Source of the DNA: a virus
Lineage: Duplodnaviria; Heunggongvirae; Uroviricota; Caudoviricetes
IMG/VR virus record: IMGVR_UViG_2654587792_000011
DNA length: 14,367 bases
Strand: one strand, 5' to 3'
Shown here piece after piece: positions 1 through 6,955 of the stretch. Under the pieces are notes generated by a model. It was not told where the DNA came from. It saw only the letters and a program-made list of their open reading frames with translations, and ran no database searches. Within the stretch, counting starts at the first letter, position 1, and each line of letters opens with the position of its first letter. The position numbers and the translations under genes are program-made.

Positions 1-34
1 CCGCCCTGACAACATCATAGTGTTTAAATGCCAT
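1..34 (-). CDS. 5' end of an unidentified gene leaving the left edge (MAFKHYDVVRA...)
   Basis: ATG at 34..32 is preceded by GGGAGGA (44..38). The frame stays open to position 1. Only 11 codons are visible, so no family call is possible. Confidence 0.3.
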   Translation of the reverse strand, partial: MAFKHYDVVRA

Positions 35-186
35 GAATCCTCCCGGCCGGGATAATATTGTGAGTAAAATGAGGAGCGGGCTGAAGTCCGGAAGTTACAG
101 GACAATGGCAGAAGAGAGACAACAGCCCGCAATACGAAAAAGGCCGCGCTATTGCGCAGAGTGATTACTGTCGGATATTATTCGCC

Positions 187-256
187 AGCTGAAATATTAC
201 TTCACGTTTTGTTGTTTATTCCTTGCCGCCCGCGTCTCCCTGCGCGGGCTTTTTTT
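187..256 (+). ncRNA. candidate ~70-nt terminator-defined small RNA
   Basis: Promoter-like pair TTGCGC (152..157), 18 bp, TATTAT (176..181). No SD or credible ORF. Contains a G/U-rich stretch GUUUUGUUGUUUAUU and ends at the intrinsic terminator 228..256. Confidence 0.25.
228..256 (+). terminator. rho-independent terminator (plus orientation)
   Basis: GCCCGCG (228..234) pairs with CGCGGGC (243..249) across an 8-nt loop, followed by T7 (250..256). There is no U-tract in the minus orientation. Confidence 0.6.
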
Positions 257-260
257 GTCC

Positions 261-286
261 ATAAGAAAGCCCCTCCGGAGAGGGGC
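261..286 (-). terminator. rho-independent terminator (minus orientation), convergent with 228..256
   Basis: On the minus strand: GCCCCUC-UCCG-GAGGGGC followed by UUUCUUAU. The stem is a perfect 7 bp; the U-tract is moderate. Confidence 0.45.
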
Positions 287-483
287 TGGAGAGTGGCGCT
301 ATGTGCCATTGCATGGTGCCGGGTGCCTCCCGGTGAATTCAGTACCAGCACCTGAATCCGCGATTATCCCATATACCTACTCGCTGATTGCCCCTCCGCA
401 CAGGGGGATTCACCATGCCAGTTTCTTTTAACAAACTCCCCGCAAAACAGACAACAGTCAACCGCCTGAATTGTGAGACATTT

Positions 484-509
484 AAAAAAAAGGCCCGCAA
501 AAGCGAGCC
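484..509 (-). terminator. rho-independent terminator directly after the tRNA cluster
   Basis: On the minus strand: GGCUCGC-UUUU-GCGGGCC (one C.A mismatch) followed by U8 (491..484). It starts 15 nt after the CCA end of the last tRNA. Confidence 0.6.
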
Positions 510-523
510 AGGGAAAATAAGTG

Positions 524-600
524 TGGCGCGTTGTACTGGATTCGAACCAGTGACCGATTGCTTAGAAGGCAATTGCTCTGTCCGGCTGAGCTAACAACGC
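524..600 (-). tRNA. argO: tRNA-Arg (anticodon UCU, reads AGA/AGG)
   Basis: 77-nt cloverleaf read by eye: GCGTTGT acceptor, GCTC/GAGC D-arm, ATTGC-CTTCTAA-GCAAT anticodon arm, ACTGG-TTCGAAT-CCAGT T-arm, encoded CCA. Confidence 0.92.
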
Positions 601-613
601 ATGATGCAGATAA

Positions 614-690
614 TGGACCGCCATCGGGGACTTGAACCCCGCGCAGCCAGCTTCGAAGGCTGGCGCTCTTTCCTGATGAGCTAATAGCGG
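614..690 (-). tRNA. argN: tRNA-Arg (anticodon UCG, reads CGA)
   Basis: 77-nt cloverleaf: CCGCTAT acceptor (one G.U pair), CCAGC-CTTCGAA-GCTGG anticodon arm, CGGGG-TTCAAGT-CCCCG T-arm, encoded CCA. Confidence 0.9.
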
Positions 691-697
691 TATGTGA

Positions 698-773
698 TGG
701 TGGCCCTTGCTGGATTTGAACCAGCGACCTGGCGATTATGAGTCGCTCGCTCTCACCACTGAGCTAAAGGGCC
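698..773 (-). tRNA. ileZ: tRNA with CAU anticodon, ileX/ileZ-like (Ile2, AUA after lysidine modification); Met by anticodon alone
   Basis: 76-nt cloverleaf GGCCCTT...AAGGGCC-A-CCA with anticodon loop CTCATAA. The body closely resembles the E. coli ileX sequence as I recall it. Confidence 0.88.
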
Positions 774-822
774 GGAAGCAGAATAATAATGGTGCGTAAT
801 TAATTCTGCAATCTCATCCGTT

Positions 823-1872
823 TCAAACGATTAAATCCTGAACTTCCCTGACTGTCTGCTCAAAACGTCCGGTCTCCAGCTCAACACCAATCGCACGACG
901 CCCCAGTGCCATCGCCGCTTTTACCGTTGAACCCGACCCCATGAAAAAATCCGCAACCAGATCACCAGGACGACTACTTGCGCTGATTATCTGCTGCAGC
1001 ATTTCTGCCGGTTTTTCGCACGGATGTTTCCCTGGATAGTACTGCACCGGTTTATACGTCCACACATCGGTGTACGGCACCTGCACCGTCACACCGAAAT
1101 ACCGCCGCAAATTTTTATATTCACTCAGCAGTTCCATATACTGCCGGTTCAGCTCACTGTATGTGCTGACCAGCTGGTGGTGTGGCTTTTCCAGTTCCCC
1201 GCGCTGATGTTTCTCTTCTGCCACCCGGGCAAACAACGCCTGCAATTTGTTGTAATCACCCTCGTTCGGTAACTGCCACTGACTGGTACCAAACCAGTGC
1301 GAAGCCATGTTTTTCTTTCCGGTGGCTTCCGCTATCTGTTTTGACGTTATTCCCAGTGATTTACGCGCATCACGAAAGTAAGAAATCAGCGGGGCCATGA
1401 CGTGCTGTTTTAGCTCGCGCCCCTGTGCCACATAGCCATCATCTTTCGGGCGATACGGTCCCTGATAATGTTCTGCAAACAGAATGCGCTCTGTTGCCGG
1501 AAAATACGCCCGCAGACTTTCCTTATTGCACCCGTTCCAGCGTCCGGACGGCTTCGCCCAGATAATGTGGTTCAGCACATTAAAGCGCTCACGCATCATG
1601 ATTTCGGTGTCAGATGCCAGGCGATGACCACAGAACAGGTAAAAACTTCCGGCAGGCTTCAGTACCCGCCAGAACTGCGCCAGACACTGGTCCAGCCATT
1701 TCAGGTAATCATCGTCGCCCTCCCACTGGTTATCCCAGCCCTCGGGCTTCACTTTAAAGTATGGCGGGTCTGTGACTATCAGATCGACAGAGTTTTCCGG
1801 TAAGGTCTGGATAAATTCCAAGCAATCAGCGTTGATTAACTCACAACTGGATATTTTTACAGTATTAACCAT
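823..1872 (-). CDS. orphan phage DNA N6-adenine methyltransferase
   Basis: 349-aa ORF with the catalytic DPPY motif (VTDPPYF) near the N-terminus and an AdoMet-binding FxGSGS motif (DFFMGSGST) near the C-terminus. No adjacent nuclease. Confidence 0.9.
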   Translation of the reverse strand: MVNTVKISSCELINADCLEFIQTLPENSVDLIVTDPPYFKVKPEGWDNQWEGDDDYLKWLDQCLAQFWRVLKPAGSFYLFCGHRLASDTEIMMRERFNVLNHIIWAKPSGRWNGCNKESLRAYFPATERILFAEHYQGPYRPKDDGYVAQGRELKQHVMAPLISYFRDARKSLGITSKQIAEATGKKNMASHWFGTSQWQLPNEGDYNKLQALFARVAEEKHQRGELEKPHHQLVSTYSELNRQYMELLSEYKNLRRYFGVTVQVPYTDVWTYKPVQYYPGKHPCEKPAEMLQQIISASSRPGDLVADFFMGSGSTVKAAMALGRRAIGVELETGRFEQTVREVQDLIV

Positions 1873-2022
1873 AGATCAATAAGCACTTCTCTGATAGGCT
1901 CATACCGCTTTTGCGCAAAGCAGATGGGCCTGAGGTTTGCTTGTGACCCCAACGCATGAGCAGATGGCTGGCAGGTGCCGCTAACACCCACCAGCCGCCC
2001 ATTACCACAAATTAAAAAACCT

Positions 2023-2220
2023 TCACTGAGGAAGGCGTCTGTAACAACCGAACTGATAATCTGCCAGACCCGCCATAACAAGCTGAGTCAGTATTAACTG
2101 GCAGCGTTCGCGTGAAAGGTAAGTATTCTGCGCAATTTCCCCGACGGTCGCCGGTTCGGTGACGCTTAATTCATTAAACACCACTCTGGCGGTTTCGGTC
2201 ATATCCTGCTGTTTTAGCAT
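2023..2220 (-). CDS. small (65 aa) winged-helix-like protein
   Basis: Internal ATG at 2220 is preceded by AAGGGAAAAAGG. The upstream part of the 106-aa ORF starts at the terminator U-tract, so the long form is rejected. HTH-like segment ATVGEIAQNTYLSRERCQLILTQL. Confidence 0.5.
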   Translation of the reverse strand: MLKQQDMTETARVVFNELSVTEPATVGEIAQNTYLSRERCQLILTQLVMAGLADYQFGCYRRLPQ

Positions 2221-2343
2221 GCCTTTTTCCCTTTTCCGGTTAACGTGACATACCAATACCTCTTGTCGAAAAAGCCAGCAAGCTGAAAGACCGGCATTCG
2301 CAACCACCAGCGCATTTAACGTCCTGTACCGCTTTTCGGGCAC

Positions 2344-2367
2344 AAAAAAACCCGCATAAAGCGGGTT
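2344..2367 (-). terminator. tR'-like rho-independent terminator downstream of Q
   Basis: On the minus strand: AACCCGC-UUUAU-GCGGGUU followed by a U-run (7 A on the plus strand at 2344..2350). Confidence 0.7.
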
Positions 2368-2426
2368 CTTTCAGGTGTCCATGTCTGCTATTCGCCTCGC
2401 GGTATAGCTTTGCGAAGCGTAGCTGG

Positions 2427-2455
2427 ATTGAAACAGTTTATGCGTAAAAAATCAA
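2427..2455 (-). promoter_or_regulatory. candidate PR'-like late promoter
   Basis: On the minus strand: TTGATT (2455..2450, overlapping the Q stop), 17 bp, TTCAAT (2432..2427). With the terminator at 2344 it would give a ~77-nt leader RNA, analogous to lambda 6S. Confidence 0.3.
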
Positions 2456-3006
2456 GACATTTTTTGAGCAAACGATTCTCGCATAGGGATGTATAGCGCA
2501 TATTCAGCAACAGCCAACCAATTAGCAATTCGCTTTTCGCATGTACTAAAACACCATTCCGGGTGCACCTCATTCAACAATTCAGCCATTTTGCGTTTAC
2601 TCATCCCCCGCCCTTCGTATCTTTGCCGCAGGATATCAATCAATCCAGGATAACGTGCAAGCGCTTTACTTATCACCCCATCAATGCGTAACGCCTCTGC
2701 ATCAGTACAGTGAGACAACCAGCTCTTCTGTCTGCCAGCGATCATCTCTCGCAAGAATGCTTCCAGCTCTGGTTTATCAATCCCTGACTCCCTGATTCTA
2801 CGCAGGGCTTCATTGATCGCGGTTTTTGTCAGTTTTTTGGATGTCAGCAACTGATTGAACATATTTCCTGGTTTGCCACCACCTATGTACGACCAACGCC
2901 CCCACATCCGTAATTTCCCCTGGATCCAGACGGCTTCCAGCGTTTTTAGACGTAAATGCTCGCCGCTTTTGCCTGTAATTTCCGGGTATATCATATTTAC
3001 GATCAC
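2452..3006 (-). CDS. late antiterminator Q-like protein (933W-Q type, no zinc finger)
   Basis: LRMWGRW...MFNQLLTSKK parallels the LERWGAW...FKGLITSK segment of 933W-type Q as I recall it. Has a C-terminal sigma-region-4-like HTH. GTG start at 3006 overlaps the rusA stop (GTGA); an alternative ATG lies at 2994. Position is between rusA and a promoter/terminator pair. Confidence 0.75.
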   Translation of the reverse strand: MIVNMIYPEITGKSGEHLRLKTLEAVWIQGKLRMWGRWSYIGGGKPGNMFNQLLTSKKLTKTAINEALRRIRESGIDKPELEAFLREMIAGRQKSWLSHCTDAEALRIDGVISKALARYPGLIDILRQRYEGRGMSKRKMAELLNEVHPEWCFSTCEKRIANWLAVAEYALYIPMRESFAQKMS

Positions 3007-3362
3007 TCACTCTCAATTTTGTAAATCTTCACGCCCAGCCGCCCCCCAGGAACGAGCTGACCGCGCACAATATTAATTTCATCAAACTGCTCGTCGTCTA
3101 TGAGAAGTCCGGCATGCGTCAGCGCATCCAGTGGTGCTTTCAGGATATTGTCCAGGTCACGACGACGCTTATCCGGTGGCTCTGCAATAATCTTTATCGC
3201 CAGCCGTCCGGACAGGTTTAATTTCAGCCGCTGCTCGCGAACAATTAGCGCCACATCCCGGCGATAACGCTCACCGGCTTTTGATACAAAATATGTGTTG
3301 TCACGACGTCGCCAGTAGGTGTTCACCGTTGGCGGGTAAGGCAAAACAAACTCTATACGCAT
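3003..3362 (-). CDS. rusA: Holliday junction resolvase RusA
   Basis: 119 aa. LPYPPTVNTYW...DLDNILKAPLDALTHAGLLIDDEQ is typical RusA. SD AGAGG lies 7 nt before the ATG. Confidence 0.9.
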   Translation of the reverse strand: MRIEFVLPYPPTVNTYWRRRDNTYFVSKAGERYRRDVALIVREQRLKLNLSGRLAIKIIAEPPDKRRRDLDNILKAPLDALTHAGLLIDDEQFDEINIVRGQLVPGGRLGVKIYKIESE

Positions 3363-3374
3363 CAGTAACCTCTT

Positions 3375-4370
3375 TTACCCAAGCACGCCGGTTGCAAAGG
3401 CGTGATCAAGAAAATGAAAAATTAAATCAACCTGGGAACCATGCTTTTCTTCGAATGCCAGCGGATCCGCATGAAGCTCGTTGTGATGTTCCCGACACAG
3501 CGGTAGTGTGAAAATATCGTGGGATTTTGTTCCCATTCCACCCTGACCGTGGCCTATCAGGTGGTGGGCATCATCAGCAGGCTTTCCGCAACATGCGCAC
3601 GGCTGCGTCTTAACCCAGCGCGTGTACTTTTCATTAACCCAGCGGCGACGTTTTGGGCGTAACATAAAAGACTCCGGCGACTCCGGATCCACTTTCAGCG
3701 CCAGCACCTTTTTCGCCTTATCCTGGATGATGCTGGTGGCAGTAACCGAAGGCACAAGGTCACTTTCCCGGGTAACAGACGGCACAACAGGCTTCGGTAA
3801 TCTCAGTGCCTTACGGGCTGCACTTTCCGATAAGGCATCCGCCAGATCATTACGAATCAGCCACCAGCACAGTTCCGGCATTGTCACAACGTGACTGTCG
3901 TCAAAACCGAGCTCCCGACGCACAACAGACAACACCCAGCGGGCACAGTTATCCGTTGCCATTGATTCCAGCCGTTCCGTGAACTGATCGCGCAGCTGGT
4001 TATCGCAGTGCCAGCACAGACGGATTGCGCCCGGAGCGTGTCGCATTGTGGTCATGTTCTCGCTGTGCCAGTTGGAATGAGGCCACTGACAGCCCTTTTC
4101 ACGAAGTAACCAGCTTTCAAGACATTCCACGCCACCAGCACGACGGATCACTGCCTCATTGCGGAACACGGCCCGAACGGCAGGATCATCCGCCAGCGGT
4201 TGTGATGCCGCCGGAACGGCACCACTGGCAAAAGATGAATAACGTTCCGGCTCAGGCTCCAGCAGGACACGCCCCTGCATAAACAGGGGCATCAGCTCTG
4301 AACCGGGCCTGAACAATACGATCCCCATACGCGGGGCAATTTCAGGGGTCAGTAGTGCTCTCACGGTCAC
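3375..4370 (-). CDS. DUF968 (YdfU-like) nin-region protein with C-terminal HNH/zinc-like motif
   Basis: 331 aa. The C-terminus CACCGKPADDAHHLIGHG...LCREHHNELH is a Cys/His motif. GTG start; the start assignment is uncertain. Confidence 0.75.
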   Translation of the reverse strand: MTVRALLTPEIAPRMGIVLFRPGSELMPLFMQGRVLLEPEPERYSSFASGAVPAASQPLADDPAVRAVFRNEAVIRRAGGVECLESWLLREKGCQWPHSNWHSENMTTMRHAPGAIRLCWHCDNQLRDQFTERLESMATDNCARWVLSVVRRELGFDDSHVVTMPELCWWLIRNDLADALSESAARKALRLPKPVVPSVTRESDLVPSVTATSIIQDKAKKVLALKVDPESPESFMLRPKRRRWVNEKYTRWVKTQPCACCGKPADDAHHLIGHGQGGMGTKSHDIFTLPLCREHHNELHADPLAFEEKHGSQVDLIFHFLDHAFATGVLG

Positions 4371-4415
4371 CTCAGCGAACGGTATTGCATGAACGCAGAA
4401 GAAAAAATTCAGCCA

Positions 4416-4673
4416 TCACGCAGTAAACTCCTTCACCAGTATTTCAAACTGGCTTACCTGGCCTTCCAGTTCCGCCACGCAATCCACCAGCTCATCCACC
4501 GCCTTTTGTGTGCGGTGTTTTGCCAGCAGCAGATCACGCAGCGCCGGAGTAAGCTGCTTGCGGAGCGTATCCTTTGCCACGCTCGTTTTTTCCATCTGTT
4601 CAGCACAACGAAGCATCTCCTGCGCCTGCCGACGAAGTTGTTCCGGTGAAACAGTGATTGCTCTGTTGTTCAA
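4416..4673 (-). CDS. small coiled-coil protein, unknown function
   Basis: 85-aa heptad-rich ORF. The TTG start overlaps the helicase stop (TTGA). The only internal ATG (4616) lacks a properly spaced SD. Confidence 0.45.
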   Translation of the reverse strand: MNNRAITVSPEQLRRQAQEMLRCAEQMEKTSVAKDTLRKQLTPALRDLLLAKHRTQKAVDELVDCVAELEGQVSQFEILVKEFTA

Positions 4674-6070
4674 AATAAACGCTCCGTTTTACTGCCCGAC
4701 ATGCGGTTATTGCTGTATCTGCGCGGATTGCCCGGCGTCATGGGTGTGGAAAGAACCCGGGCACTCTCCTGGTCCACAGGCAGAAAATGTCCGTTATGAA
4801 AACGCCGGTAAATGGTCCCGAGCGTGCCATTACGCTGTTTCGTGATGTTGATTTCTGCTATGCCTCTGGCCTGAGTTTCCGGGTTGTATACCTCATCCCT
4901 GTAAAGCATCAGAATGATGTCGGCATCCGCCTCGATTTCCCCGGAGTTTTTCAGGTCCGAGTTCATTGGGCGTTTATTGGGTCTGGATTCCACGCCGCGG
5001 GAGAGTTGGCTCAGAGCAATCAGCGGAAAACCGCCGGATTTTGCCAGGCTTTTAAGTCCCTTTGAGATTTCCCCCACAGCAAGGTCGTGACGCCCCGTGC
5101 TGCGGGTTTTAATCAGGCCGAGGTAATCGACCACAACCAGCGCCGTTTCCGGGTGTTTCATCCGGTGGTGCTTCGTGGTTGCACATATCTCATCAATGGT
5201 CAGGTTTGCCTGGTCCACCATCCAGATATTACGCCCCGTCATTCGTCCCACGCCCTGCGAGAAACGCGCCCAGTCTTCATCTTCAAAACGGGCAACAGAC
5301 TTAAGACGGGATACCGGCATTCCACCGGCAGCAGACACCATACGTTCACCAATCTGGATGTTCGCCATCTCCATGGTGAACAGAAGCACGCCATGCCCCT
5401 GCTCAGTCACCTTGTCGATGATGTCCAGCGCAAGTTCGGTTTTCCCCATCGAAGGACGGGCGGCAATGAATACCAGGTCTCCGGGCTCCATACCGCCCGT
5501 TTTTGCGTCCAGTTCATCAATACCGGTCATCAGCGCCCTGGATTTCTCCAGTCCCTGATTGCGGCATTCAACACGGTCGACCACTTCCGGAAGGACATCA
5601 TCAATGTGAACCGGCTGAATGACGCCCTTTCCGGTCGACAGTGAGGCCATCATGTTCTGCGCATCCTTCAGGGCATCCTCGGCTGCTTCACAGGTATACG
5701 CATCACGTAAATTCTGTAATGCTTCAGTCAGTGTTTTTTCTGCATCGCGCAGTGCGGCATTGCGCCGCAACGCTGCGACATAGTGCTCCAGTGAAGACTT
5801 CACCCAGGTTTTGCGTCCGGTGTCGGTAATCACCGGGGCAAGTTCCGGCATCTCATTGCACAGCAGTACGGGGTCAATGACGCCGGATATGCGAGCCTGT
5901 CTGCAAATCCCCGCGTAAATATCCCGGTACTGACGCACAAAAAATACATCCGCCGGAAGTGTGGCCAGAATATCCATCACTTCCGGATCGGCCCCACGCA
6001 GAAAAAACGCACCGATGACAGCGCCTTCCAGGTCATCGTTACGCCATGCCGGGGTGTTCTGGCTGGTCAT
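4670..6070 (-). CDS. DnaB-family replicative DNA helicase
   Basis: 466 aa. Walker A ARPSMGKT, RecA-like core with Walker B VVVDYLG, DnaB-like N-terminal domain. ATGA overlap with the loader gene. Confidence 0.9.
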   Translation of the reverse strand: MTSQNTPAWRNDDLEGAVIGAFFLRGADPEVMDILATLPADVFFVRQYRDIYAGICRQARISGVIDPVLLCNEMPELAPVITDTGRKTWVKSSLEHYVAALRRNAALRDAEKTLTEALQNLRDAYTCEAAEDALKDAQNMMASLSTGKGVIQPVHIDDVLPEVVDRVECRNQGLEKSRALMTGIDELDAKTGGMEPGDLVFIAARPSMGKTELALDIIDKVTEQGHGVLLFTMEMANIQIGERMVSAAGGMPVSRLKSVARFEDEDWARFSQGVGRMTGRNIWMVDQANLTIDEICATTKHHRMKHPETALVVVDYLGLIKTRSTGRHDLAVGEISKGLKSLAKSGGFPLIALSQLSRGVESRPNKRPMNSDLKNSGEIEADADIILMLYRDEVYNPETQARGIAEINITKQRNGTLGTIYRRFHNGHFLPVDQESARVLSTPMTPGNPRRYSNNRMSGSKTERLF

Positions 6071-6945
6071 GCGGCAACACCTCCGATACGAGAACGGTAG
6101 CTGGGCCAGTTAAACGACAACCAGTTGCGCCCGCCATCGGTGATCCTGTCGGCAATCCGGGGACTGATGAACGCCCACAATTCTTCCGGTGAAAGGTTGC
6201 TGATCAGGATAGTTGGCAAAATACCCTCATACCGGGCATTGATAATTTCCTGCAAAATGGCCATTTCAGCCGCACTGCCAAACTGAACGCCGACTTCGTC
6301 GACAATCAGCAAATCCAGTGACGCATAATGCTCAATGACGTCATCCGCTGTTTTTTCACTGTCATTCCGCCAGCAGTTTTTCACAGCCCGGGTAAGGCGC
6401 ATCACGTCGGTGATCTCCACACTGGCCAGATAGTTACGGATGATGTGTTTTGCCATTGATACCGCCAGATGATTTTTCCCGGTACCGCAACTGCCGGTCA
6501 TAACAAGACTGGTACCGTTCTCCAGCATATCTGGCCAGTTCTCCGCATAGCGGCGACAGGCCGCAAGATTTCTGGCTGCGTCAGGATTAACCTCCAGATA
6601 ATTATCAAACTCGCAGTCCCGAAAACGCAGAGCAATTCCGGCGTTATCAGTCAGTTCTTCCGCCTTGAGGGACGACAGTTCCATGGTCAAATCACTGGCC
6701 TCAGCGATCAAGCAGTCAGGGCAGCATGAAATTTTTTCTCTGTCCTCGCCATTACGATCGATCCACACCAGTATATGCGTACGATATTTACCGTGTTTTT
6801 CGCAATATCCGCGACCTTCACGCATCAGGCAGGAACGATAAGGCCATGGCTTTTCGCCCTTCTGAGCAAATGCAATCTCTGCCCGTAACTCATCCATTCG
6901 CGCCTGTAGTCTTGTTTGTTTCTCACGTTGGTCAATCGTCATCAT
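6067..6945 (-). CDS. DnaC/IstB-like AAA+ helicase loader with N-terminal Cys-rich region
   Basis: Walker A GSCGTGKNHL and Walker B LLIVDEVG. N-terminal Cys/His cluster (CEKH...CCPDC). ATG at 6945 with GAGGTG SD is preferred over the GTG at 6954. Confidence 0.85.
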   Translation of the reverse strand: MMTIDQREKQTRLQARMDELRAEIAFAQKGEKPWPYRSCLMREGRGYCEKHGKYRTHILVWIDRNGEDREKISCCPDCLIAEASDLTMELSSLKAEELTDNAGIALRFRDCEFDNYLEVNPDAARNLAACRRYAENWPDMLENGTSLVMTGSCGTGKNHLAVSMAKHIIRNYLASVEITDVMRLTRAVKNCWRNDSEKTADDVIEHYASLDLLIVDEVGVQFGSAAEMAILQEIINARYEGILPTILISNLSPEELWAFISPRIADRITDGGRNWLSFNWPSYRSRIGGVAA

Positions 6946-6955
6946 CGCTGTCACC

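Noticed and set aside
152-355. 67-aa plus-strand ORF with a TTG start
   Set aside because: It crosses two terminator hairpins, has no SD and gives a Pro/Arg-rich GC-skew translation. The region is treated as non-coding.
339-594. ORFs 339..572 (-) and 388..594 (+)
   Set aside because: Both run through the tRNA-Arg gene and terminator hairpins. They have no ribosome-binding sites and low-complexity translations.
1857-2081. 74-aa minus-strand ORF between the wHTH gene and the methylase
   Set aside because: It overlaps both neighbours out of frame, has no SD and shows no motif. It is likely a chance ORF in the intergenic region.
2221-2343. N-terminal 41 codons of the 106-aa ORF 2023..2343
   Set aside because: The ORF would start immediately at the tR'-like terminator U-tract with no SD. 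An internal ATG (2220) with an AAGGG-type SD gives a compact 65-aa wHTH protein.
2388-2573. 61-aa minus-strand ORF overlapping the Q 3' end and the PR' region
   Set aside because: It is an out-of-frame overlap with the well-supported Q gene and spans the promoter/terminator region.
5087-5644. 185-aa and 127-aa plus-strand ORFs antisense to the helicase gene
   Set aside because: Long antisense ORFs are expected opposite a GC-rich conserved gene. They have no SD and Arg/His/Pro-rich translations. The same reasoning applies to the other antisense ORFs in 1024..1803, 3622..4282, 4389..4845, 6469..7706 and 9850..10410.
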